In this document: one piece after another, positions 9,303 to 19,682 of the stretch
Position numbering within the stretch: position 1 is the stretch's first letter
Layout of the letters: the number at the start of each line of letters is the position of its first letter
DNA from: a virus
Strand: one strand, 5' to 3'
IMG/VR virus record: IMGVR_UViG_3300044638_001843
Coordinates: 5,067 to 69,066 of that record
DNA length: 64,000 bases
Program-made: the position numbers and the translations under genes
Notes under the pieces: model-generated
The model's input: the letters and a program-made list of their open reading frames with translations, nothing else
The model's database searches: none
Told to the model about the DNA's origin: nothing

Positions 9303-11004
9303 TATTGAAGCAGATGGTCTTAATGAAGTAGTAGCTGGTAAGAAGAAGACCTATCTAAAGGAAGCAACCAAGGTTTGGTGCTTGTCAATTGTAGATGTAG
9401 ACACAAAAGAAAAGTATCTATTTGAGCAGGATAACCTGGAAGAAGGTATCCAAATGCTGCGTGATGCTGATCTTATTGTTGGTCATAATATCTATGGCTT
9501 TGACATTCCTTTGATTGAGAGGTTATTTGGTTCTCTTGATAAGGAACCATTTACACAGGTTCTTGATACACTTATCCTAGCAAGAATGATGTGGCCAGAC
9601 AATCCACCAACCCCAGACCAAAGCAACTCTCTTGCTTCTTGGGGTGAGTTCTTGGGTGAACCTAAGATCAATTATCAATCTGGTTGGGATTGTTATACTC
9701 AAGAAATGGGTACTTACTGTGTTCAAGACTCAGTAGTAACTGCTAAGTTGTTTACATTCCTAACAACACAACCATACTTTAAGACATATTCCAGAGCAAT
9801 CCGCATGGAGCATGTGGTAGCTGACATGATTAAACGTCAGGTTGAGAATGGTTTTGCATTTGATATTGACAAAGCTGAAAACCTTGAGATGGAACTGTTG
9901 ATTGAGAAGTCTCAGATTGAAGATGAAATGCGACGCATCTTTCCTGACAAGGTAATTGAACGCTATTCAGAGAAGACTGGTAAGAGACTGAAGGATAAGA
10001 TTGAAGTATTCAATCCTGGTTCTCGACAACAGATTGCAGAAAGACTAAAGGAAAAGTATGGATGGGAACCTAATGAAACCGATAAGGGTAATCCAAAGGT
10101 TGATCACGATGTCCTATCCCAGCTAGAATATCCTGAAGCTAAGACACTATGCAAATACTTTGACCTTATTAAACTAATGGGTCAGGTATCTGATTGGGTT
10201 TCTCGGGCCAAGCAATCTAGAGATAAGAAGATTCACGGCTATGTAAATACCCTTGGTACTGTAACTGGCCGTATGTCTGCCAAAGAACCTAACATGCAGC
10301 AGGTTCACTCAGACTCCAGAGCACGGGCTTTGTTCCGTCCTCGGGATGGATGGGTTCTTGTAGGCTGTGACCTCAAGGGTCTAGAACTGCGAATGCTTGC
10401 ACACTATCTACACCAGTACGATGGTGGTACTTATTCCAAGGTAGTAGTTGAGGGTGACATCCATACTCACAACCAAACCGCTATGGAACTAGACTCAAGA
10501 AACACAGCTAAGACTGCAATCTATTGTTTCTTATATGGTGGTGGCGATGAGAAGTTTGGTAAGACTGTTGGCTGCACGGCATACAAGGCCAAGCAAATCA
10601 AGAACAAACTTCTATCAAACATCCCTGGACTTAAGAAAGTTATTGATAATTGTCGCTTTGATACTTTGAATGCTGGGTCTGTAAAGCCATTTAACTGGCG
10701 GCCTATTCCAGTACGCAAGGAACACGCAGCTCTCAATACACTACTACAATCCAGCGGAGCACATATTGCCAAAGCATGGGCCTGCGTAGCAGACCATAGA
10801 CTAAAGCTAGAGGTTGGTTCTGATAAGTTTGGTTGGGTTGCTTCTGTACATGACGAACTACAGATTGAATGTCATCCAGACTATGCACATAAGATTGGTA
10901 GCATTCTTTGTGAATCAGCAACCACAGCTGGTGATCTAATGAAGTGCAACTGTGTTATTGAAGCTGAATACAAGATTGGTTCTAACTGGTCGGAGACACA
11001 CTAA
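9283..11004 (+). CDS. Family A DNA polymerase (T7 gp5-like)
   Basis: Exo motifs FDIEADGL, GHNIYGFD, YCVQD; TVTGR, motif A DLKGLELR, motif B RNTAKTAIYCFLYG (Tyr at the T7 Y526-equivalent site), motif C VHDE. Confidence 0.96.
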   Translation: MTTLAFDIEADGLNEVVAGKKKTYLKEATKVWCLSIVDVDTKEKYLFEQDNLEEGIQMLRDADLIVGHNIYGFDIPLIERLFGSLDKEPFTQVLDTLILARMMWPDNPPTPDQSNSLASWGEFLGEPKINYQSGWDCYTQEMGTYCVQDSVVTAKLFTFLTTQPYFKTYSRAIRMEHVVADMIKRQVENGFAFDIDKAENLEMELLIEKSQIEDEMRRIFPDKVIERYSEKTGKRLKDKIEVFNPGSRQQIAERLKEKYGWEPNETDKGNPKVDHDVLSQLEYPEAKTLCKYFDLIKLMGQVSDWVSRAKQSRDKKIHGYVNTLGTVTGRMSAKEPNMQQVHSDSRARALFRPRDGWVLVGCDLKGLELRMLAHYLHQYDGGTYSKVVVEGDIHTHNQTAMELDSRNTAKTAIYCFLYGGGDEKFGKTVGCTAYKAKQIKNKLLSNIPGLKKVIDNCRFDTLNAGSVKPFNWRPIPVRKEHAALNTLLQSSGAHIAKAWACVADHRLKLEVGSDKFGWVASVHDELQIECHPDYAHKIGSILCESATTAGDLMKCNCVIEAEYKIGSNWSETH

Positions 11005-11219
11005 TGACAGATGCAGTTTACTTTATGAGACAAGTAAACGAGTTTATAGCTAGTAATCCAAGACATCCAATTGTTGTTGAATACCACAGAGGTAACATTG
11101 GACTTGGTTTTATAATTCGTAATTGGAAGGAAATACAGAATGAGAATTTTTCAGATAAGTGGCAAGGGCAGAGTTGGGAAAACAACAGTAGCTCAAGAGA
11201 TTCAAAAGAAAGCATTTGA
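11004..11219 (+). CDS. Hypothetical protein
   Basis: TAATG coupling to polymerase stop; GGAG upstream. Confidence 0.5.
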   Translation: MTDAVYFMRQVNEFIASNPRHPIVVEYHRGNIGLGFIIRNWKEIQNENFSDKWQGQSWENNSSSRDSKESI

Positions 11220-11787
11220 AGCTGGTTTTATTCCTGTTATCCTTCCATTTGCTGACTCACTAAAGAAGGCGGCACTAGAATTAGGATACTCAAAGGAATC
11301 TAATCCAGATGAGTATCGTAAGTTCTGCCAAGAACTTGGTGCTGGTAAGCGTAAAGAAGATCCTAATTACTGGATCAATAAAACATTTGAGTCTATTCAA
11401 AACTATATGTTAAAAGAAGTAGATAATCAAATGGAAGATAAAGAGTTCTGGGAATATGTAATTATTCAGGATGATGTAAGATACATGAATGAGATTGCTC
11501 TTGGTAGAGAGCTGGCTGCTATTCAAATCTTTATTGATTCCGGTGGTCGTACACTACCAGAACATGATGCTGAGTGGAGAAACCACGAAAGCGAAGAACT
11601 TGCCAACAAGATTGAAGAATCATTTGGCAATGTTAATAGTGACTATGAAGAGCTATTTGATATTATTCTATTTAATGGATCTACTCTTGCACACCTAAAG
11701 GAAGATATTGATTCTGACTTTGATGCTTGGGTAGAACTTGGTAAACTAGAAATTGAAGAAATGGATTGGTCTGAAGAGGATGAATAA
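11140..11787 (+). CDS. Deoxynucleoside monophosphate kinase-like P-loop protein
   Basis: ISGKGRVGKT P-loop, FADSLK, DDVRYMNE, HESE motifs. Confidence 0.8.
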   Translation: MRIFQISGKGRVGKTTVAQEIQKKAFEAGFIPVILPFADSLKKAALELGYSKESNPDEYRKFCQELGAGKRKEDPNYWINKTFESIQNYMLKEVDNQMEDKEFWEYVIIQDDVRYMNEIALGRELAAIQIFIDSGGRTLPEHDAEWRNHESEELANKIEESFGNVNSDYEELFDIILFNGSTLAHLKEDIDSDFDAWVELGKLEIEEMDWSEEDE

Positions 11788-12574
11788 ACCAAATGAAGCA
11801 ATTCTTGACGGAGATATTCTGGCCTATAGAGCAGCTTTCTGGGCAGACCAGGAAGGCATTGATGCATTGCAGGAAAGAATCGACCAAGACATCCGTAACT
11901 GGACTCCCCCTGGTATGGACAAGGTTTATATTGCTATGTCCTGCCCAAGAGAAAAGAACTACCGAAGGCTTTTCTGGTCTGAGTATAAAAAACATAGAGA
12001 AGATGTCAAGCCACCAGACTCAATGAAGTATGCGCTTGAGTGTATTTATGATACTCAATTAACCACTCGTTGTGTAGATAGGCTAGAGGCAGATGATCTA
12101 ATAGGTATGCTTGTCTCAGAGGGTCGTTGTATTGGTGTTACAGTAGATAAGGATCTTCGTCAGATTCCTGGATGGCACTGGAATCCTGACAAAGAACCAG
12201 AATCAGTTCTGGTTTCACAAGAAGATGCCGATACTTATTTCTATCAGCAATGGATTACCGGAGATTCTACTGATAATATTTGGGGTCTTTGGAAGTTTGG
12301 TCCAGCCAAAGCAAAGAAGGTTCTAGAAAACAATCCCAAAGAAACTTGGGATTCTGTAATTATGGATCTTTATCATAATGAAGACTGGGGCAAAAGACCT
12401 GATAATAAAATTCCAGAAGGTATGACTAGAGAAGAGTTTGCCCTAGCTCAAGCAAGATGCGTTAGGATTCTTAGAAACGGCGATTACAATAAAGAAACCC
12501 AGCAGATTTCTCTTTGGAGTCCTAATAACCTAACTGATAGAAACATTTTAGACTTACAGAAGGAGAAAGAATGA
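11780..12574 (+). CDS. 5'-3' exonuclease (T7 gp6-like)
   Basis: DGDILAY, EADDLIG, DKDLRQIPG, GDSTDNIWG motifs. Confidence 0.93.
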   Translation: MNKPNEAILDGDILAYRAAFWADQEGIDALQERIDQDIRNWTPPGMDKVYIAMSCPREKNYRRLFWSEYKKHREDVKPPDSMKYALECIYDTQLTTRCVDRLEADDLIGMLVSEGRCIGVTVDKDLRQIPGWHWNPDKEPESVLVSQEDADTYFYQQWITGDSTDNIWGLWKFGPAKAKKVLENNPKETWDSVIMDLYHNEDWGKRPDNKIPEGMTREEFALAQARCVRILRNGDYNKETQQISLWSPNNLTDRNILDLQKEKE

Positions 12575-14487
12575 GTAAGATATTTGAAGACTTTGTGGCA
12601 GTAGACAAGTATTGCCGTTGGATACCAGAGATTAACCGTAGAGAATCCTGGGAAGAGGCTGTTAATAGATACTTTGACTACCTAATTAAACGGTTTGATC
12701 TTAATAAGATTCTTCCTATTAGTATGAAGGAAGATCTTAATAAGGCAAGACAGATGATGATAAACCGCGAAGTCTTTGGATCAATGCGTGCTCTTATGAC
12801 TGCTGGTCCAGCTCTAGATAAGGATGATGTCGCTGCTTATAACTGCTGCTATGTTGCCGTTAATTCTGTTGAATCCTTTTCAAACATACTTTATACCTTA
12901 GCTTGTGGTACTGGTGTAGGTTTTTCAGTAGAAGCTGAAGAAGTTAATAACCTACCATCAGTTCCAAAATCAATTACTAAGGTATCAGATTCTATTGTAG
13001 TTGAAGATTCCAGAGAAGGCTGGGCAAATGCCTATAAGTGTTTTATTACAGAGCTGTTTAATGGTAAGCATTTTAATGTAGACGTAAGTAAAATACGGCC
13101 ATCTGGTACTAGACTAAAGACTTTTGGTGGTAGAGCTAGTGGTCCAGAACCATTTGTTAGACTAATTAAGTTTACTGCCAATGTATTTAATAATGCTTGT
13201 GGTCGAAGACTAAAGCCAATTGAAGTACATGATCTTGTTTGCCAGATTGCTGATAGCATTATTAGTGGTGGTGTTCGTAGATCAGCTTTAATTAGCTTAT
13301 CAGATCTCAGCGACTACGAGATGGCCCATGCTAAGAGTGGTCCTTGGTGGGAAAAGAATGGCAGAAGATCACTTGCTAATAACTCTGCTGTATTTGAATC
13401 CAAGCCAGACATGGGAACATTCCTAAAAGAGTGGTCTTCTCTTTATGATTCTCGTTCCGGCGAGCGTGGTATTTGTAATAGAGAATCAATGAAGAACATT
13501 GCAGCTAAGGCTGGTAGAAACCCAGACTATAAGTTTGGAACTAATCCATGTTCTGAAATTATTCTACGACCAAATCAATTCTGTAATCTAAGTACTGTAG
13601 TAGTTAAGCCTAATGACCAAGCTCCACAGCTAATCGAAAAGATTAAGCTAGCTACAATCCTAGGTACTATTCAATCAGCAATGACAAACTTTACTTACTT
13701 CAAGAGTAATGACAACCATGAGTTTGAAAATAACTGCAAGGAAGAAAGATTACTTGGAGTAAGTATGACGGGTATCTTTGACAACAATCTAACTAACGGT
13801 GGTCAAGGTGCTCCTGAATTGAAGAAGCTTCTAGAAGCCCTTAGATTTGTATCACATGGCATCAATAAAGCATGGGCCAGTGTACTACAGATTGAAGAAA
13901 GCAAGTCTATTACATGCATTAAGCCAGAAGGAACCACCTCTTGCGTAGCTGGATCAGCCAGTGGATTACATCCACGATATGATCACTATTATGTAAGAAG
14001 AATTCGTATGGAAAAGAACTCACCTATGGCTAACTTCATGCGTGATTCTGGTATTCCAAATGAACCATGTGTAATGAAACCAGACCATACAGCTGTGTTT
14101 TCATTCCCAATTAAAGCAGACTTTGGTGTAACTCAGAAAGAAGTAAATGCTTTAGGACATCTTAATTTGTGGTTAGCATATCAGCTATGGTACTGCGACC
14201 ACAAACCAAGTGTTACTATTAACTACACAGATAATGATTTCCTGGTTGTTGGTGGTTGGTTGTGGGAAAACTGGAATCTAGTTTCTGGTGTTTCTTTCTT
14301 GCCATCAGAAGATCATGTTTATCAGCAAGCACCATTTGAATCTATTACTCTTGCAGAGTACGAGCAAATGGAAGCATCTATGCCTAAGTCTGTAAACTGG
14401 AGCTTACTATCCAAATATGAATTAGAAGATTCAACAAAAGCTTCACACGCTATGGCATGCACTGCTAATGGCTGTGAACTAACATAA
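12571..14487 (+). CDS. nrdJ: Class II (adenosylcobalamin-dependent) ribonucleotide reductase
   Basis: YNCCY, GTGVGFS, GGRASGP, GGVRRSA, TNPCSEI, CNL, TCIKPEGT, HKPSVT, C-terminal CTANGCEL; no NrdB gene seen. Confidence 0.92.
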   Translation: MSKIFEDFVAVDKYCRWIPEINRRESWEEAVNRYFDYLIKRFDLNKILPISMKEDLNKARQMMINREVFGSMRALMTAGPALDKDDVAAYNCCYVAVNSVESFSNILYTLACGTGVGFSVEAEEVNNLPSVPKSITKVSDSIVVEDSREGWANAYKCFITELFNGKHFNVDVSKIRPSGTRLKTFGGRASGPEPFVRLIKFTANVFNNACGRRLKPIEVHDLVCQIADSIISGGVRRSALISLSDLSDYEMAHAKSGPWWEKNGRRSLANNSAVFESKPDMGTFLKEWSSLYDSRSGERGICNRESMKNIAAKAGRNPDYKFGTNPCSEIILRPNQFCNLSTVVVKPNDQAPQLIEKIKLATILGTIQSAMTNFTYFKSNDNHEFENNCKEERLLGVSMTGIFDNNLTNGGQGAPELKKLLEALRFVSHGINKAWASVLQIEESKSITCIKPEGTTSCVAGSASGLHPRYDHYYVRRIRMEKNSPMANFMRDSGIPNEPCVMKPDHTAVFSFPIKADFGVTQKEVNALGHLNLWLAYQLWYCDHKPSVTINYTDNDFLVVGGWLWENWNLVSGVSFLPSEDHVYQQAPFESITLAEYEQMEASMPKSVNWSLLSKYELEDSTKASHAMACTANGCELT

Positions 14488-14496
14488 GGAGGTTTT

Positions 14497-14727
14497 ATGC
14501 CAACAAGATTTGTAGAGTCTGAATATGATATGGACGAAGTTGTTAAGGAAGCAATCAGTCTAGTCAAACTAACCGACTCAACTCTTGATGTGGGTTTTCA
14601 TAACAAGAAGATGGTAAAAATCTTTTTAGATAATTTCCATCAAGCAATACATGAGAATCATATAGAACCCGGCCCCAAGAATTTTATGCTAAACATATTG
14701 ATAAATGAATCAGATGAACAGACTTGA
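14497..14727 (+). CDS. Hypothetical protein
   Basis: AAGGAGG RBS; 76 aa. Confidence 0.7.
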   Translation: MPTRFVESEYDMDEVVKEAISLVKLTDSTLDVGFHNKKMVKIFLDNFHQAIHENHIEPGPKNFMLNILINESDEQT

Positions 14728-14971
14728 TATTCTTTTATCGCAGTGGAGATTAGGGGTCATTCGTGATCCCGATCTCCGTTTGGCATTGAGTGTTATTAAT
14801 GATTATAGGAATGCAACAAATGAAAGAAAATCTAAGGATATCCAAGGAACTAGTCCAGTACTTGGAGAAAATAATAACTCTTCAGACGAGCGATCTAAAA
14901 CTAAAGGACTACGACAGAGGGGTAAAAAACGGACAGCTGGAAATAGTCCAGAAGATCAAGGTTCTTTATGA
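14705..14971 (+). CDS. Hypothetical protein
   Basis: Overlaps upstream stop; 3' half overlaps next ORF in another frame. Confidence 0.4.
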   Translation: MNQMNRLDILLSQWRLGVIRDPDLRLALSVINDYRNATNERKSKDIQGTSPVLGENNNSSDERSKTKGLRQRGKKRTAGNSPEDQGSL

Positions 14972-14990
14972 AGCTCAAGAAAGGAAGTAA
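14820..14990 (+). CDS. Hypothetical protein (position of T7 gp6.5-like genes)
   Basis: MKENLRISKELVQYLEK...GQLEIVQKIK; AGGA upstream; synteny. Confidence 0.55.
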   Translation: MKENLRISKELVQYLEKIITLQTSDLKLKDYDRGVKNGQLEIVQKIKVLYEAQERK

Positions 14991-14992
14991 CT

Positions 14993-15343
14993 ATGGGTGG
15001 TGGTAAAGGTGGTAGTCGTGGTCCCAGTTGGGAACAGCAAACACAATTTCAAAGAGACATGCAAAGAGAAGCATTAGAAGCACAAAAGCAAATGCAACTT
15101 GAAGCTGAAGAACGACTAAGAGTACAGCGAGAGCAGGAAAAAGAAGAAGAAGCAGAACGTAGACAAGAAGCTGCTCTTGCTAAGGAAGAAGAACTCCGTG
15201 CTCAAGAAGAACAAGAAGCAGCTGTCTTTGCTGAAATGACTGGTCAGGTTGGAGAAGAATCAAACGATGAAGGCATGGGCTTTAATCTAGATGCTCCAAC
15301 AATTGAAAGACCAGAGTACGAACAAGAAACAAGACCAGAATAA
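14993..15343 (+). CDS. Putative virion assembly protein (gp6.7/gp7.3-like position)
   Basis: MGGGKGG start, coiled coil, directly upstream of portal. Confidence 0.6.
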   Translation: MGGGKGGSRGPSWEQQTQFQRDMQREALEAQKQMQLEAEERLRVQREQEKEEEAERRQEAALAKEEELRAQEEQEAAVFAEMTGQVGEESNDEGMGFNLDAPTIERPEYEQETRPE

Positions 15344-15352
15344 GGAGAGTAA

Positions 15353-16957
15353 ATGAAATCCGAAAAGACCATAAAAGATAGGTGGCTTGTCTTACATGCT
15401 AAGAGAGACACCAAGTTAAACAAAGCTAGGGCTTGTTCGGCAATAACAGTTCCCTCTTTATTGCCATACCAGTCTATGTCTCAGCAGGATAATCTATTCC
15501 AGACTTATTCCTCTGTTCAATCCCGTGGAGTTACTTCCTTGGCTAGTAAAATCCTTAGTGTTCTTATACCCCTAAATGATACACCATTCTTTTCATTTGG
15601 GTTAAAAAATGGTAGAGAACCTAGCCCAGAGGTTGCTGAATATCTAGACAAGCTATCCTATCAGGTCTATCGGAAACTAATTTCAAACAACCTAAGAGAA
15701 GCTTCTTACCTTGCCATGCAACATTTAATTGTTGTTGGTGATGTTCTTATTATAATGGAGAACGACTTCTCTTATCGAGTTGTTAGATTAGATCAGTTTG
15801 TTATTCGTAGAGATGTTAACGGTGCTGTAAAAGAGTTTATTTACTTAGAGTTTATTTCACCAAGTAATGAAGAACCAGCTAGTGCATATGACTTTATGGC
15901 TGGCGAAGAACATCAAAGCGGATACAAGACAGTTTATATTCGTGTTTCACAAACAGAAGATAACAACTGGAAAGTAGAAAAAGAACTAGACGGAGAGATA
16001 ATTGATGTAGGTTATTATGATGTACTACCATATGTTATTCTTCGATGGTCAAGTGTAGCTGGTGAGGATTATGGTAGAGCCCATGTAGAAGATATCTATT
16101 CAGATATTAAAACACTAGAGGCTTACACAAGAGCTTTAATTCAAGGCATGGGTGCTGGCTCTACCTTTTTTATGGGTGTTGACCCAGCTGGTATTACAGA
16201 ACTAGATGACCTATCTGTAGCCGTTAACGGTCAATGGGTAGCTGCCCGTAAGAATGAGGTCTTTACTATATCTCCCGGTGACACCATCAATCCACAGTTA
16301 CAGGTTGGCAACGCAGCCGTAGAATCTATGCGTAAGGAGGTAGGGCAAGGCTTCCTACTACAAACCGCATCTATGCCTACGGGTGACAGAGTAACAGCCA
16401 CTGCCGTCCGTGCTGTTGGTAATGAATTGGAAACAATCCTAGGTGGTACATTCTCAGCTATTGCTAGAGACTTTATGGTTCCTGTAGTTAAGAGAACAAT
16501 CTATTTGATGTTGCAGAATAATGAGATTGATCCGGGAATGCGTGAACAGTTTGATGAAACAAACGGTATTCTTAACATTGAAATTTTAACTGGTCTTCAG
16601 TCTCTATCCAGAGAATCTGATCTGACTAAGCTATTACAGATGGGTGAGATGGTAAGAAACCTACCACCAGATGCGGCTAGTTCTTTCAAGTGGGAATCAT
16701 ACGCCAGAGCTTTAATTACCTCGCTTGGATTTGATCCTAGCAACTGGGTAAAGAGCGAAGAAGATATCCGTAAAGAAGAAATGGCAGCCGCTGACCGACA
16801 ACAGCAGATGGAAATGCAGAAGATGTATGCCCAGTCTGCTCTTAATACAGTTAGTGGCGCTGCTCAACAAGATCTTGTACAAAATGGTGGTAAGAATATT
16901 CCACCACAGTTTAGTGAGCAAGCTCTTAAAATTCTAGGTCCAAGCTTAGGAGTATAA
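15353..16957 (+). CDS. Portal (head-tail connector, T7 gp8-like)
   Basis: SRGVTSLASK, PFF, GEDYGRAHVE, RVTATAVR, ELETILGG motifs; 534 aa. Confidence 0.95.
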   Translation: MKSEKTIKDRWLVLHAKRDTKLNKARACSAITVPSLLPYQSMSQQDNLFQTYSSVQSRGVTSLASKILSVLIPLNDTPFFSFGLKNGREPSPEVAEYLDKLSYQVYRKLISNNLREASYLAMQHLIVVGDVLIIMENDFSYRVVRLDQFVIRRDVNGAVKEFIYLEFISPSNEEPASAYDFMAGEEHQSGYKTVYIRVSQTEDNNWKVEKELDGEIIDVGYYDVLPYVILRWSSVAGEDYGRAHVEDIYSDIKTLEAYTRALIQGMGAGSTFFMGVDPAGITELDDLSVAVNGQWVAARKNEVFTISPGDTINPQLQVGNAAVESMRKEVGQGFLLQTASMPTGDRVTATAVRAVGNELETILGGTFSAIARDFMVPVVKRTIYLMLQNNEIDPGMREQFDETNGILNIEILTGLQSLSRESDLTKLLQMGEMVRNLPPDAASSFKWESYARALITSLGFDPSNWVKSEEDIRKEEMAAADRQQQMEMQKMYAQSALNTVSGAAQQDLVQNGGKNIPPQFSEQALKILGPSLGV

Positions 16958-16958
16958 T

Positions 16959-17258
16959 ATGGCTAAGAGAGTAGATAAAAAATCAATGCCTTGTAATAAA
17001 CCAAGACCATCTACATCCCCCGGTAAAAAGAGAATGGTTAAAGCTTGCTCAGGTGGGCAAGAAAAGGTCATTCACTTTGGAGCCAAAGGATATGGACATA
17101 ACTATTCACCCGAAGCAAGGAAGAGTTTTAAAGCTAGACACAACTGCGCTGGTGCAACCAATAAACTTTCTGCCAAGTACTGGGCTTGTAAAAATCTATG
17201 GGCTGGCCCCGGTGGATCTAAACAAAGTTGCCCTAAAGGTAGAAAGTGTAAGGGATGA
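16959..17258 (+). CDS. Basic Cys-containing hypothetical protein
   Basis: AGGAG RBS; IHFGAKG...RKSFKARHNC...SAKYWAC pattern. Confidence 0.7.
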   Translation: MAKRVDKKSMPCNKPRPSTSPGKKRMVKACSGGQEKVIHFGAKGYGHNYSPEARKSFKARHNCAGATNKLSAKYWACKNLWAGPGGSKQSCPKGRKCKG

Positions 17259-18916
17259 GTGACCTAGAAAAAAGAAAACAATCTGCGGTAGCTAGAAGAC
17301 TTGCTGTAAATGTTAATGATACAGTAAGCTTAGTAATTAGTAGTTTAAATAATGATCTTCAATCCTTTAAAACTTTAACAAATACTAATGTATCTTCTAT
17401 TAATTCGCAGCTAAATGTTATTAATCTTGGTTTATCCAAGGTAACAAATACGCTTAATGCTCAGTTTGATATAAGCGATCCTAATAGCTGGGAGTTTAGA
17501 TTACAAAATCTAGAAGCAACCTTCTCTCCGGTGTCTATAAGTGGGACAACCAATGAAGTTACTGTAGATGTACTAGCAGTTAATAGTTATCAAATTGGAT
17601 TACCAGATGATGTTATATTAGAAACCTTGGAAGCTGATGGAATTTCTGTAAAAAGTTTAGGTAAACTAGAGTTATTTAATTTAACTAACTCGGTTCGTGT
17701 GGCCCACTCCTGTCCTTCTGGATTAGCAAATAACCATGAATACATCTGGCCTACAGCTATGGGGTTAGCTAAAGAATCTTTAATGATTCAATCGGTTGTA
17801 AGCCGAGTAGCACAGCTTGTATGGTATTCTCCAGTATTGGTTGATCAAGTAAATACATTTACATTTAAGCAAAGCTTTGATGCTGGTTTAGATGTTACTG
17901 GTTCTATTGATGGTCCCGGTTCTGGTTCTTTAACAATTAGCAATGGTGCTGGTGATGTTGTTATTACATCACCAATTACAACTATTGGTAACGGCGCTAT
18001 TGATTTTACTATTGATGCTGCTTCAGGTACAGTCGATGGCTCAGCGTTTGAATGGCAAACGGGTGATTTATCTACAGGTACTTTAGTAACAACCGGTAAT
18101 ATTACACTTCAGAATGCTGAAAGAATCCAAAACACAACAAATGGCCGGGTAGATATTGCTCCAGCCCCTTCAGCAAGCAGCTTTGGTCTATCCATTGATA
18201 TGACAAGCAAAGGTACAGGAGCCAGACTAACAACCGTAACAGGTACATTAGGCACTACACTAAGTACTGGTGTTTTAGAATCTCTAGTCGAATTCCAAGC
18301 ACCCAAGTTTACCTTGACTACAATAACTCTTAGTTCGTCAGTTGGTGGTGCTTTAGAATATGATGGTCAAGTTACCTATGCAAACACGGCTTCTGGTCGT
18401 GGTGTAATGGTAACTGAGCAAACAAGTATTCTAACATCTTCAAGAAACATCAATAGTGCTACTGGTAACCAGAATATATTTGGTACTCCACAGGATGTTA
18501 TTACATTGGCTGCTAATACTACTTACATGATCCGTGGTTACCTATTCTTAAATATGGGTACAACAACAACTAGACATATAGCATTAAGATTTACTGAAAG
18601 TCTTTCTGCAAATCCACCTACAATTCATTTCTCTACAATAGGCATGCCTTCTACTGGGGGTGCTGCGTCAAGAGCACAAGATATGGCCTATTTTACAACG
18701 CTATCGGGTGGTAATATGACACAAAGCACTATTACTAATGCTAACTACATCGCTTGGATTACTGGTGTAATAACAACTGTAGACTCAGTTACTATTACCC
18801 CACAGATTGCATTCAGTGCTGCACCGGGTAATACTTGTTCTGTAAATAGGGGAACTTTTATTTCATTTATACCCTACGGATCAAACACAATGGCTGCTGT
18901 TGGTCCTTGGAGTTAA
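17255..18916 (+). CDS. Putative virion fibre/structural protein
   Basis: N-terminal coiled coil then Thr/Ser/Gly-rich beta-type sequence; structural module. Confidence 0.6.
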   Translation: MSDLEKRKQSAVARRLAVNVNDTVSLVISSLNNDLQSFKTLTNTNVSSINSQLNVINLGLSKVTNTLNAQFDISDPNSWEFRLQNLEATFSPVSISGTTNEVTVDVLAVNSYQIGLPDDVILETLEADGISVKSLGKLELFNLTNSVRVAHSCPSGLANNHEYIWPTAMGLAKESLMIQSVVSRVAQLVWYSPVLVDQVNTFTFKQSFDAGLDVTGSIDGPGSGSLTISNGAGDVVITSPITTIGNGAIDFTIDAASGTVDGSAFEWQTGDLSTGTLVTTGNITLQNAERIQNTTNGRVDIAPAPSASSFGLSIDMTSKGTGARLTTVTGTLGTTLSTGVLESLVEFQAPKFTLTTITLSSSVGGALEYDGQVTYANTASGRGVMVTEQTSILTSSRNINSATGNQNIFGTPQDVITLAANTTYMIRGYLFLNMGTTTTRHIALRFTESLSANPPTIHFSTIGMPSTGGAASRAQDMAYFTTLSGGNMTQSTITNANYIAWITGVITTVDSVTITPQIAFSAAPGNTCSVNRGTFISFIPYGSNTMAAVGPWS

Positions 18917-18924
18917 GGAGAGTT

Positions 18925-19092
18925 ATGGCTAAGAGAAATTGGATTAAGGGCGCAATTAAAAGACCAGGAGCACTTACTAAGAAAGCCAAGGCTGCTGGCA
19001 AATCTATTACTCAATACTGTAAGAGTGGCAAACTAGACACAAGAACAAAGCGTCAATGCAGCTTGGCTAAAACTCTTAAGTCTTTCAAATAA
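18925..19092 (+). CDS. Small basic protein
   Basis: AAGGAG RBS; MAKRNWIKGAIKRPGAL... Confidence 0.7.
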   Translation: MAKRNWIKGAIKRPGALTKKAKAAGKSITQYCKSGKLDTRTKRQCSLAKTLKSFK

Positions 19093-19122
19093 CCAAGTAG
19101 TTAGAATCTTTAAGGAGATTAT

Positions 19123-19263
19123 ATGCCAAAAGACGCATGCTATAATAAGGTAATGTCTAGGTATAAAGGTAAACATAGCGCATATGCTTCAGGCGCAATG
19201 GTCAAATGCCGTAAGGTAGGGGCCAAAAACTGGGGCAATAAGACCAAGAAAGGAGGAAAGTAA
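19123..19263 (+). CDS. Small basic protein (46 aa)
   Basis: AAGGAG RBS; MPKDACYNKVMSRYKGKHSAYASGAMVKCRKVGAKNWG... Confidence 0.7.
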   Translation: MPKDACYNKVMSRYKGKHSAYASGAMVKCRKVGAKNWGNKTKKGGK

Positions 19264-19264
19264 T

Positions 19265-19372
19265 ATGCCAAAGGTAGGTAAGAAGACATTCCCATACACA
19301 GCTAAGGGCAAGGCCATGGCCAAGACCGCAGCTAAGAAGACCGGGAAGAAGATGACAAAGGGTATGAAGTAA
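19265..19372 (+). CDS. Small basic protein (35 aa)
   Basis: AGGAGG RBS; MPKVGKKTFPYTAKGKAMAKTAAKKTGKKMTKGMK. Confidence 0.7.
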   Translation: MPKVGKKTFPYTAKGKAMAKTAAKKTGKKMTKGMK

Positions 19373-19608
19373 TGGCTGACTTTTCTCAGGAAAAGAAGTA
19401 CGGATTACATGGTTGGTTCAAGCGGAACAATGGTAAGGGCTGGATTAATTGCAAGACTGGTGGCCCCTGTGGTCGGAAATCTGCCAGCTCTGGAGGCTCT
19501 TATCCCGCTTGCCGACCAACCAAAGCACAATGTACCTCCAAGGGTGTCAAGGCTAAGAAAAGCTCTAAGCCAGTACGGTGGGGGTCTTCCAAGAAAGGAA
19601 AGAAGTAA
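19372..19608 (+). CDS. Small basic Cys-containing protein
   Basis: TAATG coupling; GLHGWF...PCGR...YPACRP. Confidence 0.7.
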   Translation: MADFSQEKKYGLHGWFKRNNGKGWINCKTGGPCGRKSASSGGSYPACRPTKAQCTSKGVKAKKSSKPVRWGSSKKGKK

Positions 19609-19682
19609 TGGCTAAGAAGAAATCAAAGAAGTCTGGTAAATCAACAAAGAAGATGTCATGTGGTTGTGGGGGTAAGAAATGA
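19608..19682 (+). CDS. Very small basic peptide (24 aa)
   Basis: TAATG and ATGA coupling on both sides; MAKKKSKKSGKSTKKMSCGCGGKK. Confidence 0.5.
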   Translation: MAKKKSKKSGKSTKKMSCGCGGKK